Assembly (NCBI RefSeq): GCF_001194135.2
Contig: NC_068982.1
Coordinates: 86,920,450-86,984,449 of the forward strand
Reading direction: 5' to 3'
Origin: Octopus bimaculoides
Taxonomy: Eukaryota
DNA: 64,000 nt
Shown: in pieces, positions 13,513 through 26,127 of the stretch
Layout of the letters: the number at the start of each line of letters is the position of its first letter
Numbering within the stretch: position 1 is the first letter of the stretch
Translations under genes and position numbers: made by a program
The notes under the pieces: model-generated
The model's input: the letters and a program-made list of their open reading frames with translations, nothing else
What the model was told of the DNA's origin: nothing
Database searches by the model: none

Positions 13513-14109
13513 AATTCAGCTTGTCGGAGCCTTCTAAAAGGTACAAAAAGGAAGAATTCAGTCATTTTACTACAGATGTCAAGCACTCAACTCAACCGTC
13601 AGTCAATGCATTTTGAAATCTGATGATTACTAAGAACATATGAAAGCCCCAATTGAACTTTATGGACATTACAAAATATTTCTTTTAATGTTTAACACAT
13701 TCCAACATTTAAAATACATATATAATAAATGGAGCAAAACGCATATAATCAATAAGTTCCTTTATGTTTCAAAATATATGTGCACTCTACTCCAAAGAAG
13801 TAAGAGGTGCTGGAATTGCACATAAATTCATCTTCAGGGAACCAACATACAAAAAGCAAGACCAGCGCTAAATGCAAAGGTTGCGTACGTGTTATAACAT
13901 TATATAGTTAAGTAAATGACCGTTAGAAGCAAGAACGCTGGTTTACAGGGAGCTATTAAGGGAGAGAGGCTATGGACGCTATACTAAAAGTTTAAATTAG
14001 AGGAAGGGAAAATGGATCGGAGTTAAATCCAGAAATCTAAAGTTCAAAAAAGGCCAAACTAAAAACCAGAAAAGGAGGAAGGGAGAGAATCCAATGAATT
14101 ATTATATTT

Positions 14110-14142
<33 letters not shown>

Positions 14143-14528
14143 NNNNNNNNNNNNNNNNNNNNNNNNNNNNNNNNNNNNNNNNNNNNNNNNNNNNNNNNNN
14201 NNNNNNNNNNNNNNNNNNNNNNNNNNNNNNNNNNNNNNNNNNNNNNNNNNNNNNNNNNNNNNNNNNNNNNNNNNNNNNNNNNNNTATAGTCTGGTTTTCA
14301 CGCTTTTTATTATTGTATTAAAAAAAATTTAAATGTTGAAATGTGTTAAACGTTAAAAAAAATATTTTGTAATGTCCATAAAGTTCAATTAGCGCTTTCA
14401 TATGTTCTTAGTAATCATCAGATTTCAAAATGTATTGACTGACAGTTGAGTTGAGTGCTTGACATCTGTAGTAAAATGACTGAATTCTTCCTTTTTGTAC
14501 CTTTTAGAAGGCTCCGACAAGCTGAATT
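13513..14528. repeat. ~200-bp inverted repeat pair (13513-13712 and 14329-14528) around a spacer with an N-gap
   Basis: AATTCAGCTTGTCGGAGCCTTCTAAAAGG... on the left is reverse-complemented on the right with few mismatches. Confidence 0.9.
14384..14427 (-). ncRNA. Minimal hammerhead-like motif with palindromic helix III
   Basis: Minus strand: AAT-CTGATGA-TTACTAAGAACATAT-GAAAGCGCT-A-ATT; helix III AGCGCT is self-complementary; stem I is only 3 bp and stem II is poor. A mutated copy lies at ~13617-13656 plus. Confidence 0.35.
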
Positions 14529-14529
14529 T

Positions 14530-15010
14530 TTCGAATGCGATTTTGATTAATCAGCATGCAGTTTAAACATCACAGTTTTCTGGGCGCACGGATATTACTG
14601 GCATAGATCCCACCTTCATTTTAACCAATTAGCTTGCGGTTTACATGTAATGGTTTTATGAGTGAGCAAACTTAATTGGTTTCGATTGTTTTTATTTCAA
14701 TCGGTGGGAGTCTTCTGTAATTTGTTTATACAACATATGAATGTTAAAGATATTTTTTTAATCTACATCACTAACTGGTTGTTATATCATTGTTATTATT
14801 TCCGTTCAGAACAGGTTTGAACATTTTAATAAAACGTTTTTCTTTCATCTTTCTTCCAACCTCATTTGTGTCGTGTAGTTTGTGGAAAGGAAAAGTTAGA
14901 AACATTTTCTGATCACATGTTTCTATATGTTCGCTCAATGGAATTTGGCAAACATTTGTTGTCTGTGAACGCGTGAGCGTTCCGATAATACATTCTCTCT
15001 CTCTCGCCAA
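14530..15010 (-). mobile_element. Penelope-like GIY-YIG C-terminal fragment and 3' region
   Basis: ORF 14771-15010: CQIPLSEHIETC..FLTFPFHKL..RKMKEKRFIKMFKPVLN, typical of the PLE endonuclease C-terminus. Confidence 0.7.
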
Positions 15011-15049
15011 TATATAGTTCCTCGCATTTAGGGCATTTAATCCAGTAGA

Positions 15050-15480
15050 TCAAATTTCCCCTCACTTACCACCCCACCACCCTACCTCTCCAACGCACCA
15101 TTCTCCGTGCCGTCCGGCGACTCCAGTCCGACCCCTCCACTTCACACATCTTCCCTAATCAACTCATCCCCTCCTTCAAAGGAACCCACAGCCTACGAGA
15201 CCTCGTGAACCACTGCTTCTTCCCTAACCCAACCTCTCAACCCGGCTCGTTCCCCTGCTCCGCACACGCTGCTGCACTTGCCCTTACCTCTCCAACACCA
15301 CCCTCCTCACTGGCACCTACCATCGACCCTATCATATCACTGACTCCTTCACCTGCACTTCTAGCAACGTCATTTACTGCATCTCCTGCTCTCTCTGTCC
15401 TCTACACATCAGTCAAACGAGACGCCGCTTAGCTGACCGGTTCGCGGAACACCTTCGAGACATCAGACTCGGCAACGAGG
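15050..15480 (+). mobile_element. Penelope-like fragment (GIY-YIG region)
   Basis: Encodes ITDSFTCTSSNVIYCISCSLC and RRLADRFAEHLRDIRLGN; homologous to the inverted 16970-17420. Confidence 0.85.
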
Positions 15481-15741
15481 TAAAGGAGGGGATCGACACT
15501 TTTGAGAGAGCACGTATCCAGCATGAAGAACTTAAGCGAGATGCGCGAAAGCGCACGGCTCGTATAGAGAATGGGGAAAGCTTAATCTGCAATGCTTGCA
15601 GTCGTGTATGCTTGTCAAGAGTAGGGCTCATTAGCCACCAACGGAGCCGCAAATGCAAAATATAAGTTAGTCCTAGAGCGCACAATGTTCCTGAAGGTCG
15701 GCAATGGTCTTCCTCGGTCACGAGTGGACGGCCATCATATA
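15480..15741 (+). mobile_element. RTE LINE 3' end with C2H2-like finger, fused to the preceding PLE fragment
   Basis: VKEGIDTFERARIQHEELKR..LICNACSRVCLSRVGLISHQRS; 3' UTR ends GGACGGCCATCATATA before the gap. Confidence 0.75.
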
Positions 15742-16169
15742 NNNNNNNNNNNNNNNNNNNNNNNNNNNNNNNNNNNNNNNNNNNNNNNNNNNNNNNNNNN
15801 NNNNNNNNNNNNNNNNNNNNNNNNNNNNNNNNNNNNNNNNNNNNNNNNNNNNNNNNNNNNNNNNNNNNNNNNNNNNNNNNNNNNNNNNNNNNNNNNNNNN
15901 NNNNNNNNNNNNNNNNNNNNNNNNNNNNNNNNNNNNNNNNNNNNNNNNNNNNNNNNNNNNNNNNNNNNNNNNNNNNNNNNNNNNNNNNNNNNNNNNNNNN
16001 NNNNNNACATATACATACAGACACATATATAAACATAATTAAGGGATCAGCAACAGTTGCTTCACCACATATCGAAGTTCAGAAATAGCAGCTAAATGCT
16101 GAAACTCCAACAGATAGCATTACTTGTAACTCATAAAAGCAAAACAAGAAGAAGAAAAACGAACCTAAC

Positions 16170-17870
16170 CAGTCGTAAGTTAATCATAGACGCGTTTCTG
16201 GCTTAGAAGGGAGAAACTCTTCATTTCCTTATCAGTATGATATTCCAGTTGCAAATTCGACGATGCTAGCAATTGTGCATGCATGTGGATGTATGCGTGT
16301 GTAAATGTGTGCATCTGTATTGTGTGGGTATGTGGATGATGCTGTGGGTACTGGGAAGTGGTCAGTGTTAGTGTGTGCGAGGTAATGTGATGTGGTCTGG
16401 TGTGGCATGATGTGGTATGGTAATGTGTAGTGTGGTGTGGGTGTTGGGAAGTGGTCTGTGCTAGTGTGCGGGGTAGTGTGATGTGATGTGGTGTGGTGGT
16501 GTGTAGTGTGGCATGACGTGGTGTGGCATGATGTAGTGTGGTGGTATGTGTTATGGTGGTGTTGTGGAGTGAAGATACGAGGGTGGAGTGTGGGGATGTG
16601 AGGGTGGAGTGTTGGTTTGGGGTGAGGATGTGGGGGTAAGGGTGGGGTATTAGGAGTGGGATGTGTGGGGTGGTGGGATTGGGCTGTGTGGGTGTGGTGT
16701 GTGGATAGGGATAACGATGAAGTAAGAAATGAAGAGATGAAGTAGATGTCAGGGCAAGAAAGTAGAGGGGGTAGGAGTTAAGAGAGGAAGTAGGTGTGAG
16801 ATAAAGTGAGGAGAGAGGAGGGGAGTAAGAGGAAGAGGGAGGGGATTTGAGCCTATGTGGCGCAAAGGGTCGAAGGGAGAAGATTAATCTCTGTTCACGG
16901 CGAAGGCGGGAGTCTAGATGGCCCTGAGCAAAGGCAATCCAAACACAGACAGGTGTTGTAATGAATGACCGGTAGAATGGAAATGGCGCGAGACCGAGGT
17001 GTCATTACCGAATCTAATGTCTCGCGAACCGGTCAGCCAAGCGGCATCCCATTTGACCGATGTACAGAGAATGACAGAAAGAGCAGGAGGTGCAGTAAAT
17101 GACGTTGCTAGAAGTGCATATAAAGGAGTCAGTGATATGATAGGAACGATGATGGATGTCTGTGAGGATGGTGGTGTTGGAGAGGTAGGGGCAAATGCGG
17201 CAGCGTGGGTGGGAGCAGGGAAACGAGCCAGGTTGGGAGGTGAGGTTAAGGAAGAAACTGTGGACGTAAGTTGTGGGCTCGTTTGAAGGGGTAGGTTGGG
17301 GAAGCTGTGCGAAGTGGAGGGGTCGGACTAGAGTTGCCGGAAGGCTCGGAGAATTGTGCGTTGGAGAGGTAAGGTAGAGGGTGATAGTTGAGGGGAGACG
17401 GGTAAGGGCGGGGTGGGAGCGGGGAGAGGAGAACAGAGGTACGGTTCACGGAACGTTCTCTGGCAAGGGCGGTGTGGCTAGTGGTGAGGGGATATCCACG
17501 AAGGATGAAGTGCCGAGCCATGAGTTGAAACTGAGTCTCAAAGTCATGGTTGTCACTGCAGAGCCTGCACAGACAGAGGAATTGGGAGTAGGGGATGGAG
17601 AGCTTGGTGTGGGTAGGGTGGGAGGAGAAGTTGAGGTATGAGTGTGAGTCGGTGTATTAGTAGTGGATGGAGGTGGTGAGAGTGGAGTGGTGTATGTTGA
17701 CCGAAATGTCGAGAAAGTCGACGGAAGTGTTAGAAATGGTGCAGGAGAATTCGAGAGCAAGATGGAAAGATTGGACAAAAGAGAGGAAGGAGTCTCGTTC
17801 TTCACGGGAGAGTGATGTCGCACCGATACAGTCATCAATATAACCGTGTGTATGACTTTGTTTCTGTGTT
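16170..17870 (-). mobile_element. Penelope-like element (partial RT + GIY-YIG + 3' region)
   Basis: GYIDDCIGA, VDFLDISV (ORF 17657-17881); GIY-YIG region ~16970-17300; (CAC/CACAT)-rich 3' region; terminal hammerhead motif. Confidence 0.88.
16183..16241 (-). ncRNA. Type I minimal hammerhead-like motif at the PLE 3' end
   Basis: ATCATA-CTGATAA-GG..CC-A-GAAACGCGTC-TATGAT: 6-bp stem I, palindromic helix III ACGCGT, GUC site; G8A variant and one extra A before GAAA. Confidence 0.55.
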
Positions 17871-18070
17871 CTCCCTAACATCGCTTGACAACCAGTGTTG
17901 TTGTTTACGTCCCCGTAAGCAAGTGGTTCGACAAAATGAGATCGATAGGTTAAGTACTAGGCTTTAAGAAATAGGTCCTGATGTCGATTTGTTCGACTAA
18001 AACCCTTTGAGGTGGTGCTCCAGCATGGCTACAGTTAAATGACTGAAACTAGTAAAAGAATTAAAGAATA
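17855..18070 (+). mobile_element. SINE 3' half truncating the PLE
   Basis: AACATCGCTTGACAACC...GGTGCTCCAGCATGGCTACAG...GACTGAAACTAGTAAAAGAA. Confidence 0.8.
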
Positions 18071-19551
18071 AGGTATATATATATATAGTGTGTGTGTGTG
18101 TTTCTATGTATGTGTATATATGTATGTTTGTATGTATGATATATGGATGTGTGTATGTATGTATGTATGTATGTATTTATGTATGTATGTCTTCCTCTAG
18201 TTAATTTTAAGTAATTTCTTATTTTCCAAATAACACCTTTGCTTCTCAAAATTTTTCTTTCGTGTGCTCGTATGTTAATGCAATATGAATATATACCTAT
18301 ACAGAAACATAGAGCCGGTGTTTTAAATTTAGACATAAAATCAATATTATGAAACAGCATGGCGATTCTTCTGACGTCAAAGTAAGCCGTTGCTAAGGTT
18401 TGTGTGACGACACTAATAAATACACACAATTTACGACAGCGATGTTTACGACAACGATCACTATGATTCCTTTTAATTGTCATTTCGTGGTTTTGTCGGA
18501 TAAAGAATTGTGGTGTTGTGCTCTAGAAATATAGTTGCTGTGGCAAGATAGGAGTATATAGTATTGGACGAGCAACCTAATTTAGTTAAGATGACGTATG
18601 CGATCATCATCACCATCTTCATCAGTAGCAGCAGCAGCAGCAGTAGAGACAGCAATAGTGACAGCAGCAACGGTAAAGTAACAGCATTAGTAAAGTAGTA
18701 GCAGTAGTGATTTAATGCAGCTGGCATATGCATTTCTTCATTCTATTTATAATGAAAGTTTGGACGTTTTTCGCTGTTATGATGTTATTTAGTATTGTAT
18801 CTACTCTGAGTAGGCCTGTTGTAGGCCTGTAATAAAGTTATGCATTAGGCACTAGATTCTGTAATGTATTCTTTCTTCTCTCTGAACAGTGAGGTCTAGT
18901 TGAAAACAAATTTAGTTGTTATTGCTTGCCTTTTGTTGGTTCGTTCGTTAGATTTACTAACGTCATAATATGTTTCCAGATCTGCCCTAGTCGAGTATAG
19001 GATATGGCACGCTGTTGGTCTAACGGCTAAGAGTTACAGTAGTGACTTATTTATCTAGTGATACCATGTTTCTATCTAACTGAGGACTGTATGGTACACT
19101 CTTACTTCAGTGATGAGTTATATGGGGTGCAGTGTGACGGGCTAGAGATATTACATTATACCGATATATCTGTCTCTCTTCGATCACTGGTTCAAGCAGT
19201 GACCACAGCAAAATCGGAAAAGGTGGACTCGATTTGAGCGTGATAGTTGCTGTCCCTTGCATCCTAGCACAGTGTTTGCGGCTAGTGAAACCGTCAATGT
19301 TGCGGTTACTTCTGTAACTGTGTGTATGTCTGTTTTTATGTTGATAGACTGAAATGATGTTTAGGATGCAATCTTAGTAAAGCTCAGAGCTTTTCCACAG
19401 GTGACTGGATCTTTAGATGCGATTTTTCATATAATGGCTGGAACTGTGATGGATAAGTTTGCACAAACTGTGACACTCACATGTAGTTTCATTTTTGTGT
19501 TTCTTATTAGTGTTGTTGAAGCTATTGTTACACTCAATATTGTACTCTCTT

Positions 19552-19626
<75 letters not shown>

Positions 19627-19799
19627 TAGATATGTATAGGGTGACACTATGGTTATATAACTGAAAAGGTCAAAGTTCTTATATAAATGATAATTTAATT
19701 ATGATAAATTATACTATAATTTATTATATTATAAAAGTTATAATAAATAAATTAAAGTCTCAGTCACTTCTTGATGTAATTACAAAATTATAATAACTA

Positions 19800-21420
19800 A
19801 TCAATGAAAAATATCAACACTTGTTACGAGTTTGCAGTAACACAAACTACACAGCGGTGATTTTTTGTGTTAGAGTTTATCACGAAACGAAGGACAACAT
19901 CTTTACTAATCAGATTTTTGGCATGTCGTCTATGCATGGCTTATAATTCCTAAATTGTCCGTTGCTCACCATGGTGTTCCACAAATAAATCTCGATCATT
20001 TCCACAGTTTGGGAAAATGGCGTTCACAGTCCACACTACCTACAGGCAGCATTATAACACTTTGAAGCAGCTTGAACAGTTCAAAGAAGTTATGTCTTGT
20101 AGAGATGTAATTTGGTCAGTGAATTCAAAATGTGTCTTCTGCTCTATGACACGCATTGTATAGTGGCATTCTGTATTCAAGTCGTTCAAGTTCGGTATAT
20201 ATGTCTCAAATATGAATTTTAGACCATCAATGTTGAGAAACTGGTCACTTTTGGAATTAAGATGGGAAAGGCTTATCATAATATGGGTTTCCCACCAAAA
20301 AGTGGTGCTGGTGCTCTGAGTAAATTTAATCCAAAACACGAATATAGATAACACGACGAAAATCGGCGAAAAGATCACTTTTTTATTTCTTATTGGCCGA
20401 TTTCCTGCAACCGCAATGACCACCAAGATGCACTCAGTAAGGTTGTCAGAAGCCGGCAATTTGTCTCATAATTTTGCCCGTCCTGGGGTCGATTTGCTCG
20501 ACTAAAGGCGGTGCTCCAGTATGGCCGCAGTCAAATGACTGAAACAAGTAAAAGAGTTAAAAGAGTCATATGCCAAATATCTTCGTCATCCATCTTATTT
20601 CGCGTCACATCACGATTCTCAGTGCAACTGGATATCACTTCACTTACATTCATATCCAGTAAAGAAGATAACAGCGGTTTTACCAGATGCTTAGTTCGTA
20701 GCAGAACTTGTTCAAAGAGGGCAAGGAGAATACAAACTTTTGTAGACAAAAGTGATAGAAAGGTCTTACCAATTTATCGATTTACTTTCATATTGTTTTT
20801 CAGATGGCTAGGTAACCTCCCAGAAATATGAAAGAATATCCAAAATAAACTGGAGCGTACTATGCACAGCATAAAATTATTACACAAGCCAGCGTATATT
20901 GGACAAGTTTTTCAGCTCCATTGGTTGTCTACATGTTTTGCCTGTAACCATATGAAGTTATGATGTGCTTAAACTGGTACTCAGAGTGGACCGAACCACA
21001 GACAGGTAGATTTGGAATTTTCGTCACACTTCATTAAGTCGAAAAATTATCTCGCAACCATAGCATTTTAACGCTGTCACAGCCATTATAGATTGAGTCG
21101 ACATGGATTGCTAATGAGATAAGAGCATGCAGCTTTAGTTGATTATCGGGGATCTTTGGATCATGACCGAAGCACCATCATAGCTTTGAACAACATATAA
21201 CTAGTCGTCAATACCAATAAATTTTAGTACTGAATCTATGAACGGTAGAAGCAATTCGGTGTCGAGTTTAAAAGTTACCTGATATCTAATAAATTCTTCA
21301 CAGATACCATTGCCAAAAACTTCATGCAGAACAAATGAAAGCTGTTTGGTTTTTGTAATGTCCTTTGTTTCATCTACAGTTACTGCGAAGAGCCAGGTTT
21401 AGACACTGCTCGAACTATCG
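19800..21420 (-). mobile_element. Highly decayed LINE remnant interrupted by a SINE tail at ~20481-20565
   Basis: Minus frames give RHFPKLWK and RNYKPCI (like FP..WK and NYRPIS of LINE RT); ORF 20052-20459 sits upstream in the linker position. Confidence 0.4.
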
Positions 21421-21851
21421 CTCATTTGTTTATTAAGGTCACGACAGAAAAAAAAAAAAAAAGAAATCAAGAACTTATTCTGAACATAGTGATAAATATA
21501 TTTTGTATTACAGTATCCCTTCATTATCTGTTCACTGACGATATCATCATGTGTTGATAACATTCCTCACATATTGCCATATACTTGCCCACCTTCCTGT
21601 CCTCTTCGAGAACTCAGTTGTAGTGCCGTTAATTATAAAAGCCAAAATAGGTAGCAACTAATTTCACGAACTTGCTTCGCCTAGACGTTTTCTTTTCTCA
21701 AAGTTTTGGTTTTCTTTTTATACAAAAGTTGCAGTTATGTTAAATTTTGGCAGATACCCAAAGCAACCATTTCCTTCTTGCATGCTTTCAATCGGGTATG
21801 ACTCTTAATGAATGACTGTTCATATACCTCTTTTGATTTGGACAGTAAATA

Positions 21852-23318
21852 CATTGTGCAACACTCAAAAAAGTACAAGAGATCTGTGGCCATTTTTATA
21901 TGCAAAATGACATGGGAAATCCATTTCTGGCCTTCTTTTTGTTGAATTAGGCATGGTTTCTACAGAATTGTCACTGTATACCATTTTTGTCATTATTATT
22001 AAATAAAATTCTCTACTGCATTGTAAAATGGGTTTCAACCCAGGGCTAGAGACCAATCTTAGTAACATCTACAATGTGATTCAAAGCTTGTGTTTAATGT
22101 TATTTTTTATCTTTCAGATCTTATTTGTTTTCAACAATGAGTGCAAGACAGTGCAAGAATGATCCAAACAGATTCTGTTATATATGTGGGGAATTGACTT
22201 TTGCTAAAGAAAAGCGCAGTATTACACGCCATATCAAGAAAATATTCATGAAAGTATCATATGAAGATCTGAAAGCAATTCTAACAAGCATACAGTATGA
22301 TGACCATACCTGGCATATATGTGCAGATTTTAAGGTTGCGGCCATGCTTACTGGCCTTCAGCTTAGCTATACTAAATTTTGCTGCATCCTGTGCTTATGG
22401 AATTCCAGAGCAAGAGCTGAACATTATGTACGCAAGATGAAACTGAGCAAAGAAAACACAACATCAAGCACAAACCACTTGTGAAAAGTGATAGATTTTT
22501 TTTTACCACCTTTGCATATTAAACTTAGTTTGTTTAAGCAATTTGCGAAAGCCTTGGACAAAGAATCCTCCGCATTTGCATATCTTGCAGAAAAGTTCCC
22601 TTCCCTGAGTAAAGCTAAAATTAAAGAAGGTTTCTTCATAGGTCCCCAAATTCGAAAAATTGTACTTGATGAAACCTTCATCACACATCTCAAAAGAAAA
22701 GAGAAGCTTGCCTTTGAGTCATTGAAGAAAGTTTGCCATAACTTCCTGGGCAACCATCTTTCAGAAGACTATTTGCAAGTTGTGAATGATCTGCTGAATC
22801 ATTATCATGATATAGGATGTAACATGTCTGTAAAAGTTCATGTGCTTCACTCTCATTTGGAATTTTTTGCGGAAAATCTTGGTGATGTGAGTGATGAACA
22901 TGGCGAAAGATTCCATCAGGATATTTCCGTGATGGAGCGACGGTTCAAAGGAAAATGGAACCCTGGCATGTTGGCAGACTACTGCTGGAGTATAAAAAAA
23001 GATCACACTCTGCACAAGAGGCTTAGAAGGACAAAAGTTGTTTAAATTAACAGGTGTGTTTTTAATTCATAACCAATATATGTTTTGTTATACCAACCAA
23101 ACTTTTGTTTTTGTTTTTGTAACTTTCATCATTTGCAATGGTGTGTTCAATACACAATGTTATGCAGTATATTATAAAACATATGGTTCATGGTACTGGA
23201 AAACGGTGCCTAATCTGGAGAAATAAAGGTCAGAATCAGAATCAGGACAATTTTTTGACTCAGAAACAAATTTTACTTCACTTGTACTTTTTTTGAACCT
23301 GAAATTTGTTGCACAGTG
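21852..23318 (+). mobile_element. Chapaev3-like (CMC) DNA transposon, internally deleted, both ends present
   Basis: Ends CA(T/C)TGTGCAACA...AAAAAAGTACAAG and the inverse; 3-bp TSD ATA (21849-51, 23319-21); ORFs 22125-22484 and 22488-23045 with FCYICGE, YTKFCCILCLWNSRAR, LPPLHIKL, HVLHSH, SDEHGERFHQDIS. Family name recalled, not searched. Confidence 0.8.
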
Positions 23319-23949
23319 ATATCGATAGCAAATATAATGCATTTTGATAAACTGTACTCTGCACATAGATATAATTATAAATCATATCTGTAGACTCTGG
23401 ATTGAAACTCTGATAATTTGAGCCAAGCAATGTTCGGGAAATTTTCTGAGCTGCGGTTGAGAGGCTTCGTCGCTTTGGTTGTTGCTGTCTACAAGATTGT
23501 TGCTGTCTACAAGATTGTTGCTGTCTACAAGATAAGAATCACCTCTCTGCAGAGCCATAATTGTCATTTAAGTGAAAGGTTTTCCGATTCCTTAGCACTG
23601 TGCAACCGTCCTTTCGACATGAAAACTGAGAGGGAATTATATAAGTGTGTATTACCAAATTTAGTATGCAATAACGACCTGGCTTCGACAATTTGGGTTA
23701 TGTATGTCCGAACTGAGGAGATCAAAACAAACCTCCCAGTTGTTATCATCAAAGCTACAAATGAATAAGTATTTCTTCAAATAAACATCTCGATTCCTTA
23801 AAACAAAAAGCCTCGCATACAAAAAAACAAAACAAAACATAAATACAAAAATCATGAAGTAGATCTGAAAGATTTCAAAATGTGAAAATGGAATTAAATC
23901 CAGAACCAATAATAATCGCTTCCAATGGAAGGATCGAGAGGGATCCTCG

Positions 23950-24150
23950 GATCAGATTGTTCGACTACTACCAACATTTACAGAGATTCTTATGCAATAA
24001 ACAGGTGTAGTCGCCTTTACTCAGCTACGTCTTTCCACAGCTCCTCCCTTTGACGTAACTACAGTCATGGATCAAGTATAGATCAAGACAGGCTGTCTGA
24101 TATCAGGAACGCTGCCAATTCTCTACCAGTTGTTGCAAAGCTAGCGGAAT
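23950..24150 (+). mobile_element. Possible degenerate PLE GIY-YIG fragment
   Basis: YAINRCSRLY...DRLSDIRNAANSLPVVAK resembles IYCI..LYIG...EHLRDIR...PVARH. Confidence 0.3.
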
Positions 24151-24499
24151 CATTGGAAATTTTTTTTTATTGAATGAATTCTTGTGACCTCCTAATATTG
24201 CAAATCAGGTTACTTAGCCTAGTAACTGATGGTTTTAGAGTCTTATTGTTTGTAACTTTTGCTGAGCCATGGGGCAACTAACAACATGGTAAAAAATCCC
24301 TGCTATTAATTTGGTGTGGATGAGTACTATCAAATAATTCAATCACAAAATATATTTAAATTAAACATGAAAAATTTGAAATATTATCATCACTTACATG
24401 GAAAAATTGAAATATTATCTTTCAGTAATTTATAAGTTAAAATCTTAAATTATTGACACATTATCAATTATCTTATAACAACAATGCCTGGAAAAAACA

Positions 24500-25022
24500 T
24501 GGATTGCATGGGAAGATGCGAGCATGAAAAGTCATATTCTTAAGATTATAAACCTGGAAAAGTACAGGACAAGTTATTACATCTGTAAAAGTATTGGACA
24601 AGCTATTACTTCCAGTAAAGTAAAGAATAAGAATCCTTTTATTTAAAATATTGCAGCTAAAATTAAAATTTGAATATTAAAACTTATTTTATTATAGTTT
24701 ACAAATAACACTATACTTATTTAAGTAGAATTTGGCTAATTTACTACCTTAAATACAGAAAAAAGTGACTAATTAGACAAACTTACAAATTAGCTGAACA
24801 GTTTTGTACAATGAATTTAAAAGATGAGAACTGTAAAGAGTGATAAATTAGAAGAACTGGCATTCTTTGCTGCAATATTTGAAGTAAAAAGTTTCTTATT
24901 CTTTACTTTACTGGAAGTAATAGCTTGTCGTATACTTTTACAGGTGTAATAACTCGTCTTGTACATTTCCAGGTTTATAATCTTAAGAATATGATTTGTC
25001 ATGCTTGCATTTTTCCATGTAA
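24500..25022. repeat. Fold-back / MITE-like element with ~165-bp inverted arms
   Basis: 24510-24665 (GCATGAAAAGTCATATTCTTAAGATTATAAACCTGGAAA...) is reverse-complemented at 24865-25020. Confidence 0.8.
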
Positions 25023-25310
25023 TATATTTATATATATATATATATGTACGTACGTGTGTGTGTGTGTGTGTGTGTGATAAGCTTCATGTCGAAAACGAGT
25101 AATGAGGACAGAAACAACTCTAACAAGTTTGACGTAAGAAGAGGGCAACGTTCAGACAAAAACCCGTTGAACTGGAAAGTCACAAAGTACAAACACAAGA
25201 ATGGCACACACACACAAAACCACACTGCCCTCAGATAAAAATCTTACGACGTAGTTAATTTGTTTTCATTATTTACAATTTTTCTATGTACAGATAAAAA
25301 TTTTACAATA

Positions 25311-26125
25311 CAGCAATCCCTCGAATATCGCGGGTATTACTCCCCCCCCCCCACACACACACGATGAGAGAAAATTCACGAAGTAGAATCAGTACTGTAC
25401 TGAATATTTTTTTATTTTCATAATTTGTATATTCTTTTATTCTTTTACTTGTTTCAGCAATCGAACTAATCGACCTTGTAAGCCTAGTACTTATTCTATC
25501 GGTCTCTTATGCCGAACCGCTAAGTTACGAATACGAAAACATACCAACATCGGTTGTCCAGCGATGGTNNNNNNNNNNTATATATATTTATATATATATA
25601 TATATATATACGACGGGCTTCTTTCAGTTTCCGTCTACCAAATCCACTCTCAAGGCTTTGGTCGGCTCGAGGCTATCGTAGAAGACACTTGCTCAAGGTG
25701 CCATGCAGTGGGACTGAACCCGGAACCATGTGGTTGGGAAGTAAGCTTCTTACCACACAGCCACACCTGTGCCTATATTTATCTTATCATAAATGCAAAG
25801 CAACACCACACACTCGCCTCCCGAGTTTCGTTTTCCATACAGTATGTGCGATTCTTTGTTTACTCATCTACGGTGCACTACGTATTTTCTTTTAATATAT
25901 TTTAATTAATGTGTTATACAATGCAGTACTGTACTGTATTTTTATTTATTAATTTAATAATTTTTAGGCGTGAAAATGCTTATTTTACCACAGAAGTAAT
26001 TAAAATCTAAAAGAAATATGGATATACTGAGGAGTCCGCGATATAAATTTACATACATTAGAGAGAAAAATCCACGATGTACTGAGGGCGCGATAGGTGA
26101 ACCGCGATATGGCGAGTAATTACTG
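25311..26125. mobile_element. pogo/Tigger-like non-autonomous element with a nested SINE
   Basis: TA-flanked ends CAGCAATCCCTCGAATATCGCGG and CCGCGATATGGCGAGTAATTACTG; SINE on minus at ~25438-25775. Confidence 0.7.
25438..25775 (-). mobile_element. tRNA-derived SINE
   Basis: Reverse complement of the family at 8336 and 40436; contains a 10-N gap. Confidence 0.85.
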
Positions 26126-26127
26126 TA

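Noticed and set aside
20052-20459. Host membrane-protein exon
   Set aside because: No splice signals support it, and it lies upstream of LINE RT-like motifs on the same strand; more likely TE decay.
23479-23532. CRISPR-like array (also 50598-50648 and 51245-51322)
   Set aside because: Direct tandem repeats without unique spacers in eukaryotic DNA; ordinary minisatellites.
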